In this document: positions 20,403 through 30,049 of the stretch, in pieces
Position numbering within the stretch: the stretch's first letter is position 1
Layout of the letters: each line of letters begins with the position of its first letter
DNA from: an uncultured virus (IMG/VR IMGVR_UViG_2576861459_000003)
Lineage: Duplodnaviria > Heunggongvirae > Uroviricota > Caudoviricetes
Virus record (IMG/VR): IMGVR_UViG_2576861459_000003
Coordinates: 1 to 64,000 of that record
Length of the DNA stretch: 64,000 bases
Reading direction: 5' to 3' (one strand)
Made by a program: the position numbers and the translations under genes
The notes under the pieces: generated by a model
What the model was told of the DNA's origin: nothing
The model's database searches: none
What the model saw: only the letters and a program-made list of their open reading frames with translations

Positions 20403-20810
20403 TTAGTCTTTTTTAGTTAGCCTCTTCCACCAGGAAGTTTTACGTTTTTCTTCTTCCTCTTTAAAGCGTTCATAGTTTTCTTTAACTTGCTGATTCCATT
20501 TCTGTATTTTTTCTTGTGTTTGAATCGCTTTTTCAAGGCTCTCTTTATCCTCAATTGTTTTAATTACCTTGTCAGTCTGATATGTCCATTCATTTTTTGT
20601 GTTGCGCTGCCTGTCTGTTACAACTACGTATTCATTAAACCCAGGAATATAAACCTTTCCACCAACTTCAATTGGGTCTAAGTCGATGATTCCTTCAAAA
20701 AATGTCTGGAATTCACATTGCTGCTCAATTGGAACAAGAGCATCACACAGGCCTAACCTCCAACTTTTCTTAATTATCTTCCCTTCAAATGTTGCTTTAT
20801 GTCGTCCCAC
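20403..20810 (-). CDS. hypothetical protein (YosD-like)
   Basis: GGAGGTG RBS; paralogue of next ORF. Confidence 0.7.
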   Translation of the reverse strand: MGRHKATFEGKIIKKSWRLGLCDALVPIEQQCEFQTFFEGIIDLDPIEVGGKVYIPGFNEYVVVTDRQRNTKNEWTYQTDKVIKTIEDKESLEKAIQTQEKIQKWNQQVKENYERFKEEEEKRKTSWWKRLTKKD

Positions 20811-20821
20811 TTATTCACCTC

Positions 20822-21271
20822 CTACTGTTGCATCTCTTTCTTAAAAGCATGTTTCAAATGTTGCCAAAATGATATCCTTTTATTTCCTAGCTGATTATCA
20901 TACTTTTCTTTTCCTTTACTTCCGTCTAAATACTCCCTTAATTGTTTTTCAGCTTGAATTTTACTCTCCTTATTCTCGACTGTACTTATGACATAATCAG
21001 TGAAGTAAATCCATCCTCCATCAAGCATTTTGACCTTTTTTTCTATATGAACATTTTCATCAAGTTCATTTATGTAAAGAGTGTCGCCGCAGTTAACTTC
21101 AAAATTAATTTCATCCTCATAAAAAGTTTCAGTAGATATATCTAACTCCTCGTGCTCAATAGTTGGTGGCTTTTGTTTGGCAGGGACGCCATGAAAACAC
21201 GATGGATATACCCTGAAAAGGTAAATCTTTTCTATTTTCTTGCCTTTAAATACCGCTCTATGCTTCTCCAT
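20822..21271 (-). CDS. hypothetical protein, paralogue of 20403-20810
   Basis: Probable start MEKHRAVF after AAGGGAG. Confidence 0.65.
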   Translation of the reverse strand: MEKHRAVFKGKKIEKIYLFRVYPSCFHGVPAKQKPPTIEHEELDISTETFYEDEINFEVNCGDTLYINELDENVHIEKKVKMLDGGWIYFTDYVISTVENKESKIQAEKQLREYLDGSKGKEKYDNQLGNKRISFWQHLKHAFKKEMQQ

Positions 21272-21287
21272 GTTAGTTTCTCCCTTC

Positions 21288-21467
21288 TCACATTTCATTA
21301 AATGCCGTTATTGCCACCAACAGTTGCTTTGCCTCAACTTCTGCTATTTGATCTCCAATTTGAACCTTTACCCATGTATCTGGATAATCAATACTCTTAG
21401 TTGCCAGGAGTTTCAGAGTTTTTCTGTTTACTCCTCTCAATGTGAATTCGGATGTAATGTCTCTCAT
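21288..21467 (-). CDS. small hypothetical protein (59 aa, MRDITSEF...)
   Basis: Manually read ORF after AAGGAG. Confidence 0.55.
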   Translation of the reverse strand: MRDITSEFTLRGVNRKTLKLLATKSIDYPDTWVKVQIGDQIAEVEAKQLLVAITAFNEM

Positions 21468-21502
21468 GTTTTTCTCCTTTCTTTATAAAAATTGAATTTT
21501 AT

Positions 21503-21706
21503 TTAGACATTGTTGATAATCAGTAAAACCAAACCTGCCAAGAATAACAAACCAGCTAAAACTAATAATCCTAGAGCTATTTGAGCTTTTATTCTCCTTT
21601 TAATTCCATATGTATCTAGTGAAACTATTCCAATCAACAAAAGACCCGTGATTTCAAGAATGTTAATGACTAGCTGCAATATTTTCACACCCATCCAGTT
21701 TTGCAA
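21503..21706 (-). CDS. small two-TM membrane protein
   Basis: ORF track, hydrophobic. Confidence 0.55.
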   Translation of the reverse strand: MQNWMGVKILQLVINILEITGLLLIGIVSLDTYGIKRRIKAQIALGLLVLAGLLFLAGLVLLIINNV

Positions 21707-21950
21707 GCTTGCACCATACTCCTAATGAGCCTCCTGCTTTCAGTTCTTGAGCTGCAGTCATTGCTTGCTCTCCTTTATTAAATACTGCTACCTTTCCATC
21801 TAAGCCAGTCATCTTTCCAACGAATTCTTTACCTGCATAGACCTCAACTACCCATTTTTCATTGTTCATGATTATTCTCTCCTCATTATTTGTTTTGATT
21901 TGTCGTATACTGCGCTTGCCCGGGAAATTGTGAATATTCCTTCTGAACAT
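21663..21950 (-). CDS. hypothetical protein (true start probably MNNEKW)
   Basis: ORF track, internal GAGGAG RBS. Confidence 0.55.
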   Translation of the reverse strand: MFRRNIHNFPGKRSIRQIKTNNEERIIMNNEKWVVEVYAGKEFVGKMTGLDGKVAVFNKGEQAMTAAQELKAGGSLGVWCKLAKLDGCENIAASH

Positions 21951-21965
21951 TTTCCTTGCTCTTGT

Positions 21966-22145
21966 TCATATCACTGTAAGAATAACTCCGAGAAGGAGTG
22001 AACATCCTCCGATTAAGAAAACCGTAAGATAAAATGGTTTGCCTTCTTTAAAGTTCTTATTCTCAACTAAACATGCCATTCCATTGCCTAAGAATATTGA
22101 TCCGAACAAGATCAGACCCAGTATCAAATATGAAATTACATTCAT
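21966..22145 (-). CDS. small two-TM membrane protein (59 aa)
   Basis: Manually read ORF MNVISYLILG... after AAGGAG. Confidence 0.55.
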   Translation of the reverse strand: MNVISYLILGLILFGSIFLGNGMACLVENKNFKEGKPFYLTVFLIGGCSLLLGVILTVI

Positions 22146-22163
22146 CGCACATTATCTCCTTAT

Positions 22164-22427
22164 CTACTCATGAGTTGACTCGCGATTAGCTTTCATTGTA
22201 GCCACAAAGCTATCATCAAAAGTTTTTTCAGTTAATACATGCTTGCTATACGGTTCCACTAATGTCCAGATTCCTCTTCCTTCTTTCTCAACCCTCAATG
22301 CAAACTTTTCTGCCACTTCCAGAGAATCAAAAATCAAATCTTCTCCTGTGACAAAGTTGTTGTACACTCTGCCTTTATTTGTCTCCCCATCACGTCTAAC
22401 CACTACTACCCATTGTTCTTGTTTCAT
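22164..22427 (-). CDS. hypothetical protein
   Basis: ORF track with GGAG RBS. Confidence 0.65.
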   Translation of the reverse strand: MKQEQWVVVVRRDGETNKGRVYNNFVTGEDLIFDSLEVAEKFALRVEKEGRGIWTLVEPYSKHVLTEKTFDDSFVATMKANRESTHE

Positions 22428-22483
22428 TTAACATCTCTCCATTTCATTTGATTCTCTATAAAAGGAATATTTTATTTTTACTC

Positions 22484-22669
22484 TTAAAGTAATTGCAAGT
22501 AATCCAATGTCTTTTCTAATTTCATGTCTTTACATTTCTCAATGCATTCTTTCTTGATTGCTTCTCCACATTCTTTATGTACCGGGAATTCCCTGTATTC
22601 TTTGTTGTCGGATATTCTTATGTAATATACGATGTCTCCAATGTGATCCTTGCATTTAACACACTCCAA
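22484..22669 (-). CDS. small Cys-rich protein (YorY-like)
   Basis: CVKC..HKEC; GAGGTG RBS. Confidence 0.6.
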   Translation of the reverse strand: MECVKCKDHIGDIVYYIRISDNKEYREFPVHKECGEAIKKECIEKCKDMKLEKTLDYLQLL

Positions 22670-22695
22670 TGCATCACCTCGATTCTTATATTTCT

Positions 22696-22745
22696 AATAT
22701 ACTCGCATTCTCTCAAACAATCAACAACTATTTTATTTTTATTCT
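22696..22745 (-). promoter_or_regulatory. sigma-A promoter with upstream SPBRE-like element
   Basis: AGAATAAAAATAAAA..TTGATT-17-TATATT. Confidence 0.65.
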
Positions 22746-22942
22746 TAAAAAGTTTCTTTTAAATTTCTTAGCTTTACTGTTGCAGCCAAAATATCCGAGT
22801 CACACCTTTTCCATATGTGGTTATCCTCTGGCCTTAAATTGTTCTCTAAATATACCCAAAGCTTATCTAATATCTCCTCAATCTGATCAACGTCATTATT
22901 AATGATATCCCTGGCAATATCCCTAATTACACGAAACCTCCT

Positions 22943-23170
22943 CTACGAGAATATGATTATAGCTTTCCCGTTGTCATTCTTTATGTACGGCGAATGTTTT
23001 CTCTGAAGGTAATTTGCCCCTCTGCCTTCACCAATACTTGCGTTATAAACAATCTTTACTTTATGTATGTCTAATGCCTTTCGTTTAGCCTCTTCTACAG
23101 ATGTTGCTTCAATTACCAAAGACGCATTTTCGCCTTTGTGATCTTTACATCTAACATAGTACCTTTTCAA
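22943..23170 (-). CDS. hypothetical protein
   Basis: ORF track. Confidence 0.6.
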   Translation of the reverse strand: MKRYYVRCKDHKGENASLVIEATSVEEAKRKALDIHKVKIVYNASIGEGRGANYLQRKHSPYIKNDNGKAIIIFS

Positions 23171-23207
23171 TAAACATCCCTTTATCCTTTCTTTTTATCC
23201 CGTTGTA

Positions 23208-23435
23208 TTAATCCTCTTTTAGATAAGACTTGAAGAACTCATCTAGGTTTGTAGCAATCGCTCCGGCTACTTCTGCACAATGAGCATGACTCTTTTCTTG
23301 AGATCTTAAAAACTCAACTGCAGACTTTGCAATGGTTTTTATTTTCTCCTCGTCTAATTTTCCACTTCTTATTTCGTCTTTAATTTTTTCGGCTTCCTCT
23401 TTTAAGCTTTCTGGATAGTTCACCGCAGACTTCAC
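23208..23435 (-). CDS. hypothetical protein
   Basis: ORF track. Confidence 0.6.
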   Translation of the reverse strand: MKSAVNYPESLKEEAEKIKDEIRSGKLDEEKIKTIAKSAVEFLRSQEKSHAHCAEVAGAIATNLDEFFKSYLKED

Positions 23436-23565
23436 CTCTTATATTTTTATTTTTACTCTTTAAAAGAGATATTTCAAACAGTTTCACAAACACTTCACAC
23501 ATTTCAAATATTTAACATGCTGGACTGGAGTTATAATCACAATCAAAACCTAGGAGGTAATTCTT

Positions 23566-23913
23566 ATGAAAAAGTTTTACAAAGGATTGATTGTTTCTGC
23601 TCTATCGCTTACAACACTAGCTCTCCCTGCATTCACATCACAAGCTTCAGCTCTAACGCCTGTCAAACCAGTTGACCAAGTAGAGCAGCTAGGTGATCCG
23701 CTTGGTACAGTTGATTACCACATGCTTAGGAATTCTAACGTATCTCTATTAAAAGGCTACACCCGATGGGAAATTGTATCTGGAAGCAACCTTATAAGCA
23801 TTAGTTCCAGTGGTGTCGTATCCTCTCATTCAACTTTGGGCACAGCATTGGTTTACGCGTATGACATTAACGACAATTATGTGATTTATAAAATTACAGT
23901 AGAAGCACGTTAG
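23566..23913 (+). CDS. secreted protein with Ig-like (Big_2-like) segment, moron-like
   Basis: Sec signal MKKFYKGLIVSALS..ASA; AGGAGG RBS; TATAAT near 23533; own terminator. Confidence 0.75.
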   Translation: MKKFYKGLIVSALSLTTLALPAFTSQASALTPVKPVDQVEQLGDPLGTVDYHMLRNSNVSLLKGYTRWEIVSGSNLISISSSGVVSSHSTLGTALVYAYDINDNYVIYKITVEAR

Positions 23914-23918
23914 TTTAC

Positions 23919-23944
23919 TAAGGAGTGTTAATTCACTCCTTTTA
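23919..23944. terminator. terminator between convergent genes
   Basis: aaggagtg-ttaatt-cactcctt hairpin plus T tract. Confidence 0.7.
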
Positions 23945-23975
23945 ACTTTATTTTCACTCTAAATATAATGATATT

Positions 23976-24494
23976 TTAAAGTAATTTCCGTTCAATCTCC
24001 TCCCAATTCATAACACGAATAAATCTATTGTCATTCCTGTTATGCGGTGCATCAAATAGTATCTTCATTCCATCAAATGTTTCTAAGTTATGCACTCCGT
24101 CATCAATCATGATGTCTGCTTTAATTATGTTTTTATTGCCACAAAGCACAACATTACTATGTGGAATATATGGAAAATGCTCTGTGAGCCATTCTAACTT
24201 TGCTTTAAGGGATTCTGGATGGTTTGTTGCTGTAGTAACAACATATACTTCATATTTCTTCGCCAGCTCCTTAACTGCTCTCTGACTTCCTTCTATAACA
24301 TCCAGATTTCTGAATAATTCGTAATCCAAATGCCTGTAAACATTGTTTTGGGTATTTGAATATTTGCTAATATCCCAGCACAGTATATCTTCCTCTTTTA
24401 GAAAAGGATCATCATAGGTGTTAATGTAGGCTACCCAATCACTTAGTAAATCGGCTAAAACTTGATCCATGTCAATTGCAATTACTTTCTTCAT
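23976..24494 (-). CDS. yorS: 5'(3')-deoxyribonucleotidase (HAD family)
   Basis: DMDQVLAD and IDD motifs, 172 aa. Confidence 0.9.
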   Translation of the reverse strand: MKKVIAIDMDQVLADLLSDWVAYINTYDDPFLKEEDILCWDISKYSNTQNNVYRHLDYELFRNLDVIEGSQRAVKELAKKYEVYVVTTATNHPESLKAKLEWLTEHFPYIPHSNVVLCGNKNIIKADIMIDDGVHNLETFDGMKILFDAPHNRNDNRFIRVMNWEEIERKLL

Positions 24495-24999
24495 AAATCA
24501 CCCCATCCGTTAAAAAGATTATGCCTTTAGCAATTTCTTCGCTAGACCACTGTTCTGTATCCCATGAATATGTATGTAACCCTACATCGCTCATTACTTC
24601 TCTGTATAATCCTAATACCGGCTCAATATCACGATCATTTATGTATTCGTCACCACGTTCAAGTAAACGCTGCTTAATAACTTTCGGATCAGCATGTAAG
24701 TAGATCACCTTGGCTTTATCCCTAATCTTCTCCTCGATGACCCTTTGTTGCTCTTCCGTTAAGATTGAGTAATCCTTGAACTTCTTCGCATAAACTAAAT
24801 TTGAATATATGTATCGGTCAATAATTACATTGTCCTCATCAGCCAGCTTGCTAAAGTGTTCAAACAGCTTCTCATTACCGCTCTTAGCTAATTCAAAGCT
24901 GGATCCTTTTATTACCGGATATCCGAGTTCTTTGCTTAGCTTATCTGCTACTGTTGATTTGTAGCAGCAGTCAGTGCCTTCTAAAATAATCATCGTCAT
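24472..24999 (-). CDS. yorR: deoxynucleoside monophosphate kinase
   Basis: P-loop EGTDCCYKST, DRY motif. Confidence 0.88.
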   Translation of the reverse strand: MTMIILEGTDCCYKSTVADKLSKELGYPVIKGSSFELAKSGNEKLFEHFSKLADEDNVIIDRYIYSNLVYAKKFKDYSILTEEQQRVIEEKIRDKAKVIYLHADPKVIKQRLLERGDEYINDRDIEPVLGLYREVMSDVGLHTYSWDTEQWSSEEIAKGIIFLTDGVIYEESNCN

Positions 25000-25154
25000 T
25001 TATCTTCCACCCTTCTTACATTGCTGAAGCCAATCACTCTATATGAGCCGTCTGGATACTCAACTTCTAATTGCTCATGTCCTTTATCAACTTGTGCAAC
25101 AACACCAATCTCTCCTGTGAAACCAGCAATCACCTTCTCTCCCTTTTTAAACAT
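24996..25154 (-). CDS. yorQ: small hypothetical protein (52 aa)
   Basis: Manually read ORF MFKKGEKVI... between yorP and yorR. Confidence 0.6.
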   Translation of the reverse strand: MFKKGEKVIAGFTGEIGVVAQVDKGHEQLEVEYPDGSYRVIGFSNVRRVEDK

Positions 25155-25158
25155 ACAA

Positions 25159-25362
25159 TCAACCTCCTTTAGCTGGATTTAATTCATGCTCCTTGAAGAA
25201 TGTAATATCACCTGTTTCATCACTGACTGCGTAATCATATGTGGCAGAGTGTAGCAGCTCAATAATTTTCCCTTCCCGTCCAACATGATGAGGACAAGCG
25301 TTCTTTGCATTCTCATTTATGATGACTTTTAACCCTTCTGGATAAGACCAAAACTTCGGCAA
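25159..25362 (-). CDS. yorP: YorP-family protein
   Basis: MPKFWSYPEGLKV sequence and synteny. Confidence 0.75.
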   Translation of the reverse strand: MPKFWSYPEGLKVIINENAKNACPHHVGREGKIIELLHSATYDYAVSDETGDITFFKEHELNPAKGG

Positions 25363-25373
25363 TTAATCGCCTC

Positions 25374-26081
25374 CTAACTAATAATTGAGATTGTCCCCTT
25401 TTGCTTGCCAAAATTAATTGCGTCACGCTCGGTTGCTACAAGCAAGTCCACTTTATTTCCAACAATTGCTCCTCCAGTATCAATTGCAATTGCTTTGAAC
25501 TTTTTCCCACCAATGCTTACTTCAACTATTGAATTCAAGGGAATAACACTAGGGTCGGTTGCAATAACACGATACCCTTTGTAATAGATTGATTGAGTGA
25601 CATCAACACCTGTTCTAGTTGTTCCTGTGCATCCTTCTTGGCAGTGGGCAATATAAGCACTCAGCTTAACCTGGATGGTTTTCTTTGCGGCCGGTGGCTT
25701 GTTTTCTTTTTCTTTAATACTAATTTTATTTTTACTCTTAAAAAGTTTATGCTTTACCGTCTCACCTCCCTTCCTGTGCCTTTTCTTACTTTGCTTAGGT
25801 TTAATGAGTTTTGCTGAGATAATCTTCTCTGTATGCCTTTTTAATTGTTGTTCTTTGTTCGTTTGAGCTTTTTTAAATAGCCGTAAGACAATATTCTCAC
25901 TTGATGGGATCCTAATCTGTCTAGGCTTCTTATAAACTGATTCTTTTATTGAGTCTTCATTTCCCTCTGTTTTATGTAAATGTTGCTCATAACTTATGTA
26001 AGAAAAAGTGGTTAACGGAATTAAAATCATCATACCATAAACGGATTTGAAAATGTGTGTTTTTATTTTATTTTTATCCAT
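25374..26081 (-). CDS. yorM: membrane-anchored 3D-domain protein (putative cell-wall hydrolase)
   Basis: N-terminal TM; IATDPSVIPL..AIDTGGAI.GNKVDL motif. Confidence 0.82.
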   Translation of the reverse strand: MDKNKIKTHIFKSVYGMMILIPLTTFSYISYEQHLHKTEGNEDSIKESVYKKPRQIRIPSSENIVLRLFKKAQTNKEQQLKRHTEKIISAKLIKPKQSKKRHRKGGETVKHKLFKSKNKISIKEKENKPPAAKKTIQVKLSAYIAHCQEGCTGTTRTGVDVTQSIYYKGYRVIATDPSVIPLNSIVEVSIGGKKFKAIAIDTGGAIVGNKVDLLVATERDAINFGKQKGTISIIS

Positions 26082-26107
26082 AAAATTTTTATTGATAATC
26101 CCGCCTC

Positions 26108-29100
26108 CTATACCTCAGCTCTTTTGGTTGTTAAACTAATATTGCCTTCACTATCAACATGATCAATCCTACAGACCGTGTGGCTATAGATGCTGTTCTT
26201 ATATACTTTAGGAATAAAGTTATTGCCTCTTCTGAATCCAGTAAACATCAGCAGAGTTCCTCTGGTATACCAAGACTTCTCAACAACCTCTTTCTTGCCG
26301 CCGGCAACAGGTCGAGAAATCTGTTTATTATAATGTCCAAAGCTACCAGCCCACTGTTTAACTGTTACCACCCCTGTAGGTGTAAGGAGTGTAATTGTAT
26401 GTTTGTTTTTATCCCTGTCTAATACGGTTCCTGCAATCCGAGTTGTTCCATATTCGTAGAGAGTTCTCCCTCTCCATTGATATGGCTTCCCTTTAATCGG
26501 TTCTTCAGGAAGCTCATAAAAATCAGCAATGCCATATTTTTCAAAGTTAATACCAGAAAGCTCATGATCGTTATAATAATAGCTCAATGAATCCATTTCC
26601 CATTTGCCATATGTGCCGCTAGCATATTTAATCCACTCATTGTTAAGTAGTCTTCGATTTAAAAGATTTAGAGCCTCATCAGTTCCCAACCATTTTTTTA
26701 ATGCAATCATCTTTTTGTCATATTCTTTTTTGAATGCATTCTCTGAGATTATAAGATGTTCATTGTGAAAATCCACCACACAATTTTCATCAAAGTTTTG
26801 ATTAAAGAACTCAGACGCTGCATCATCTAACAAATAAAGCTTATCATTAGGTGATTCAATTGTCTTAAAGACTTTCTTTGAAATATATTCTTTAAATTTA
26901 AAGCACCTAATTTCTAAAGCAAATTGGTCAGGAATTAAGTCGTTTTCTAACATCATACCTATATTTGCCATGGTTAATTTCTTTTTAGGTTCGGCAATTA
27001 TTGTGATGTACTTTTTCATGATTTCTTTTCGGTCATCAAAGGTATCAAAGCAGCCTCCCTTAATCAATTGTATTACTTGGCCTTTTTTGATTTTTCCGGT
27101 ATAGAATAATTTATCAAGGAATTCTTCAAAGGACTCGTATGGTCTATTTGAAATTATTCGGTGAACTATTTCATCTCCAATTCCATTCATGCCCTTCATT
27201 CCAAAGATAATTGAATTGTTTTGAATATCAGCTTTAAAACCAAAACCTGCTTTATTAACATCCGGCAAATCAACCTTTATACCTCGATGGCGTATGCTTC
27301 CTATAGCCGAAGCAACTTTCCCATAGTCGGTTTTCTGAGTCTTTTTATTTCCGTCTTTGTCTTCTGTTTGTTCTTCATTTTCAACACCTCCACTGTTAAC
27401 TGTCAAACAGGCAGTATTCCAGTATAAGGGGTTATATCGATAGTTTAAGTTCAATTCCTGTAACGCAATAATGGAATACGCTAAAGTATGAAGTAGACTG
27501 AAACTGTAGCCAAACTGTCTTTTAAATTGAACATTCCATACATAATTCAAAAGAGCGTCTGACGCACCACATTCCTTCCCTTTCTTGAAGAACAAGTTCT
27601 GAACTTCTTTTAATACATCTTCTTTTTTCTTTGCTATGGATTTTCTTAAATAATTTGACTCCTTAATATCGAAGCCGGCTATATCTTTATCCATTACCAT
27701 TTGCATGACAACTTCTTGAGTATCAGCAACTCCATAAATGTCTTTTAAATATCGTTCAACCACCTTTATCCCAGCATTGCTTAGGCCATAATTGCGCATT
27801 TCTTCATACCATAGTGACATATTGTTCTTATACTTTACGTATGTGTCAACAGGTTGCTCTTCGCTATCAGACATTAACCGCATTAAAGAGTTTGTGACTG
27901 CCGCCTCAAGCAGGCTTTTGGGTTTAACTTTAATCACGGATTGGTGGCCGACCTCGGTCGAAAACTGGAACAAATCCATTACCTCTCCATTACCAGCCAT
28001 TTCCCACAGCCTTGGATCTTCATATTCGATTACGTCTGGATGTATGTACTTCTTGTATGTTTCCTTTAAGTTCCCTTGCCATTCAATTTCTTTGTTCTCG
28101 ATTAATTGGTCTAAGGTTACTCGAATCTTGTCTAAAGCCTCAATGGTAAGAAGATCAAACTTTACCGAACCCATGGCTTCACTATCACCCATATTAAACT
28201 GTGTAATAAAAGCTCCTTTAGGAGTTTTCATCATTGCATTCGACTTCGTGTATTCATTGTTAAAGATGATAACTCCAGCTGCGTGAGAAGACCGTTTATT
28301 AGTTAACCCTTCAATTTTCAGAGCTGTTTCTTTAAGATTGGGATATTGTTCAACCTCTCTAATAAACTCTTTCATTGGTTTTCTATTAGTTTCTTTGTCA
28401 CCATAAAAACAATGCGTTAAAGGCCAGTTAGACCCTCTTTCATAAGGAATCATCCCACTCAAATATTCAGATATATCGTTATCTATCCCTAAGCCTCTAC
28501 ATGCTGTCTTAAGCGCTGATTTTGAGCCCTCAGTTCCAAAAGTAGCAATTTGAAGAACACGTTTGTCTCCAAATCTTTTTCTAAGTGCCTTAAGAATTTT
28601 TTGTCTTTTTGATCCTTCAGTATCAATATCGATATCTGGAAGATCAGGTCTAGATTTATGTATATGTCTCCAATGTGGTAAATCATATTGCATTGGGTTA
28701 AATTGAGTGTTGTCGAGTAAATAGTTAACGAGATATCCTGCCGCACTTCCCCTGGCTGCCCCAACTAAACTATCTCCACCACACTCATCATCCCAAATAA
28801 TATTAATTATTTCTCTGACTGTTATGTAATAAGAAGGCATGGACTGGTTTAGCTTTTGGCTAATTTCCCAAAGCTCTCCTAGCTCAACATTAATCCTATT
28901 TAATATTTTGTGAAATGCTTCCTTTGTTAGTTCATTTGTTTTGAGCTTATCATCAAAGCCATCTTCAATTAATTTCAAGAGATATCTGTCCTGCTCATCT
29001 TTTGATTCAGACATCTTCTTTATGTACTCATACTCATTATATGCTGGTTTAAATAAATGCCTTAATTTAAACTGTGGTAGCTCCATTTTTGGAATAATTG

Positions 29101-30037
29101 GTTCGTGCTCAATAGTATAGTCTTCAATCATCTCTCCAATTAGTAATGTGTTTTCAATGGCCTCATTGATGATCTCTTTGTCCATGTAGTCCATTCTCTC
29201 ATGAATTTCATCAACATTCTGAACAAAACATGCCTCATAAAAAGAGTCGACTTCTCTCTCTCCATCCTTGGCATTTAAAAAGGCTTGATGAATTGCCCTG
29301 TCTTCCGGTCTAAGAAAGTGTGCATCAGTTGTGACTATCATTTTTAATCCATAGCCGTTAGCTATATCAACAAGTTTCTTATTACAATAAATCTGCTCTT
29401 CACTTAAAGCTGGCTGAAGCTCAATAAAGAACTTATCTTTCCCAAAGACTTTTACACACCATGTTATAAACTCATGAATTTTTAATTTGTGCTGCTTGAT
29501 TGACTGAATGTTTCCACTTTCTTCGCAATCTTTGATTCTGAGTAAATTGATATTCACCTCAGAGCCGAGACAAGCTGTTGTAGCGATAATGTGACCTGGA
29601 TCTTTGCTAAGCAGTTCTTCTACATCCTTTTTAACTGTTGGCACTCTTTCCATTGTTCCTGTGTAAAATGAATTTCCCCAGGCTTGTGAAGACAGTGTTC
29701 TTAGCTGCTCATGTCCTATAGGGTCGATTGCCAACATTAAAAAGTGCGGAAACTTTGTCTGTCCTGACTTATAATTATCACGAACTTCTTCCAGTGAATC
29801 GACTAAATATGCTTCATTCCCAAGTATGAGTTTAAAATCTGCAGGCATATCCCCTTTCTTCTTCATTTCTCTGACAGTCTTAATCGCTTCCAAATGAGCT
29901 GAAAGAACCTCATGGTCAGTAATGGCTAATCCTTTATAATTCATCTGAACTGCTGTTTTAAGCAATTCTCCTACTGAATTTGTTGAATCGAGAAGCCTTA
30001 TGTTACTTTTATCAGTGTGACAGTGGCATCCAATCAA
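26108..30037 (-). CDS. yorL: DNA polymerase III alpha subunit (DnaE-like)
   Basis: PHP domain HCHT..ITDHE, RGSAAG, PDIDID, KFDLL motifs; 1309 aa. Confidence 0.96.
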   Translation of the reverse strand: MIGCHCHTDKSNIRLLDSTNSVGELLKTAVQMNYKGLAITDHEVLSAHLEAIKTVREMKKKGDMPADFKLILGNEAYLVDSLEEVRDNYKSGQTKFPHFLMLAIDPIGHEQLRTLSSQAWGNSFYTGTMERVPTVKKDVEELLSKDPGHIIATTACLGSEVNINLLRIKDCEESGNIQSIKQHKLKIHEFITWCVKVFGKDKFFIELQPALSEEQIYCNKKLVDIANGYGLKMIVTTDAHFLRPEDRAIHQAFLNAKDGEREVDSFYEACFVQNVDEIHERMDYMDKEIINEAIENTLLIGEMIEDYTIEHEPIIPKMELPQFKLRHLFKPAYNEYEYIKKMSESKDEQDRYLLKLIEDGFDDKLKTNELTKEAFHKILNRINVELGELWEISQKLNQSMPSYYITVREIINIIWDDECGGDSLVGAARGSAAGYLVNYLLDNTQFNPMQYDLPHWRHIHKSRPDLPDIDIDTEGSKRQKILKALRKRFGDKRVLQIATFGTEGSKSALKTACRGLGIDNDISEYLSGMIPYERGSNWPLTHCFYGDKETNRKPMKEFIREVEQYPNLKETALKIEGLTNKRSSHAAGVIIFNNEYTKSNAMMKTPKGAFITQFNMGDSEAMGSVKFDLLTIEALDKIRVTLDQLIENKEIEWQGNLKETYKKYIHPDVIEYEDPRLWEMAGNGEVMDLFQFSTEVGHQSVIKVKPKSLLEAAVTNSLMRLMSDSEEQPVDTYVKYKNNMSLWYEEMRNYGLSNAGIKVVERYLKDIYGVADTQEVVMQMVMDKDIAGFDIKESNYLRKSIAKKKEDVLKEVQNLFFKKGKECGASDALLNYVWNVQFKRQFGYSFSLLHTLAYSIIALQELNLNYRYNPLYWNTACLTVNSGGVENEEQTEDKDGNKKTQKTDYGKVASAIGSIRHRGIKVDLPDVNKAGFGFKADIQNNSIIFGMKGMNGIGDEIVHRIISNRPYESFEEFLDKLFYTGKIKKGQVIQLIKGGCFDTFDDRKEIMKKYITIIAEPKKKLTMANIGMMLENDLIPDQFALEIRCFKFKEYISKKVFKTIESPNDKLYLLDDAASEFFNQNFDENCVVDFHNEHLIISENAFKKEYDKKMIALKKWLGTDEALNLLNRRLLNNEWIKYASGTYGKWEMDSLSYYYNDHELSGINFEKYGIADFYELPEEPIKGKPYQWRGRTLYEYGTTRIAGTVLDRDKNKHTITLLTPTGVVTVKQWAGSFGHYNKQISRPVAGGKKEVVEKSWYTRGTLLMFTGFRRGNNFIPKVYKNSIYSHTVCRIDHVDSEGNISLTTKRAEV

Positions 30038-30049
30038 TTTTCATCCCCC

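Noticed and set aside
27792..28286. Plus-strand 164-aa ORF and other ORFs antisense to long genes (e.g. 8051, 24028, 30966, 54652, 60119, 63065)
   Set aside because: Shadow frames of well-supported minus-strand genes, without RBS or recognisable motifs
26108..30037. Intein in DnaE
   Set aside because: Length is normal for YorL, and no intein or LAGLIDADG motifs were seen
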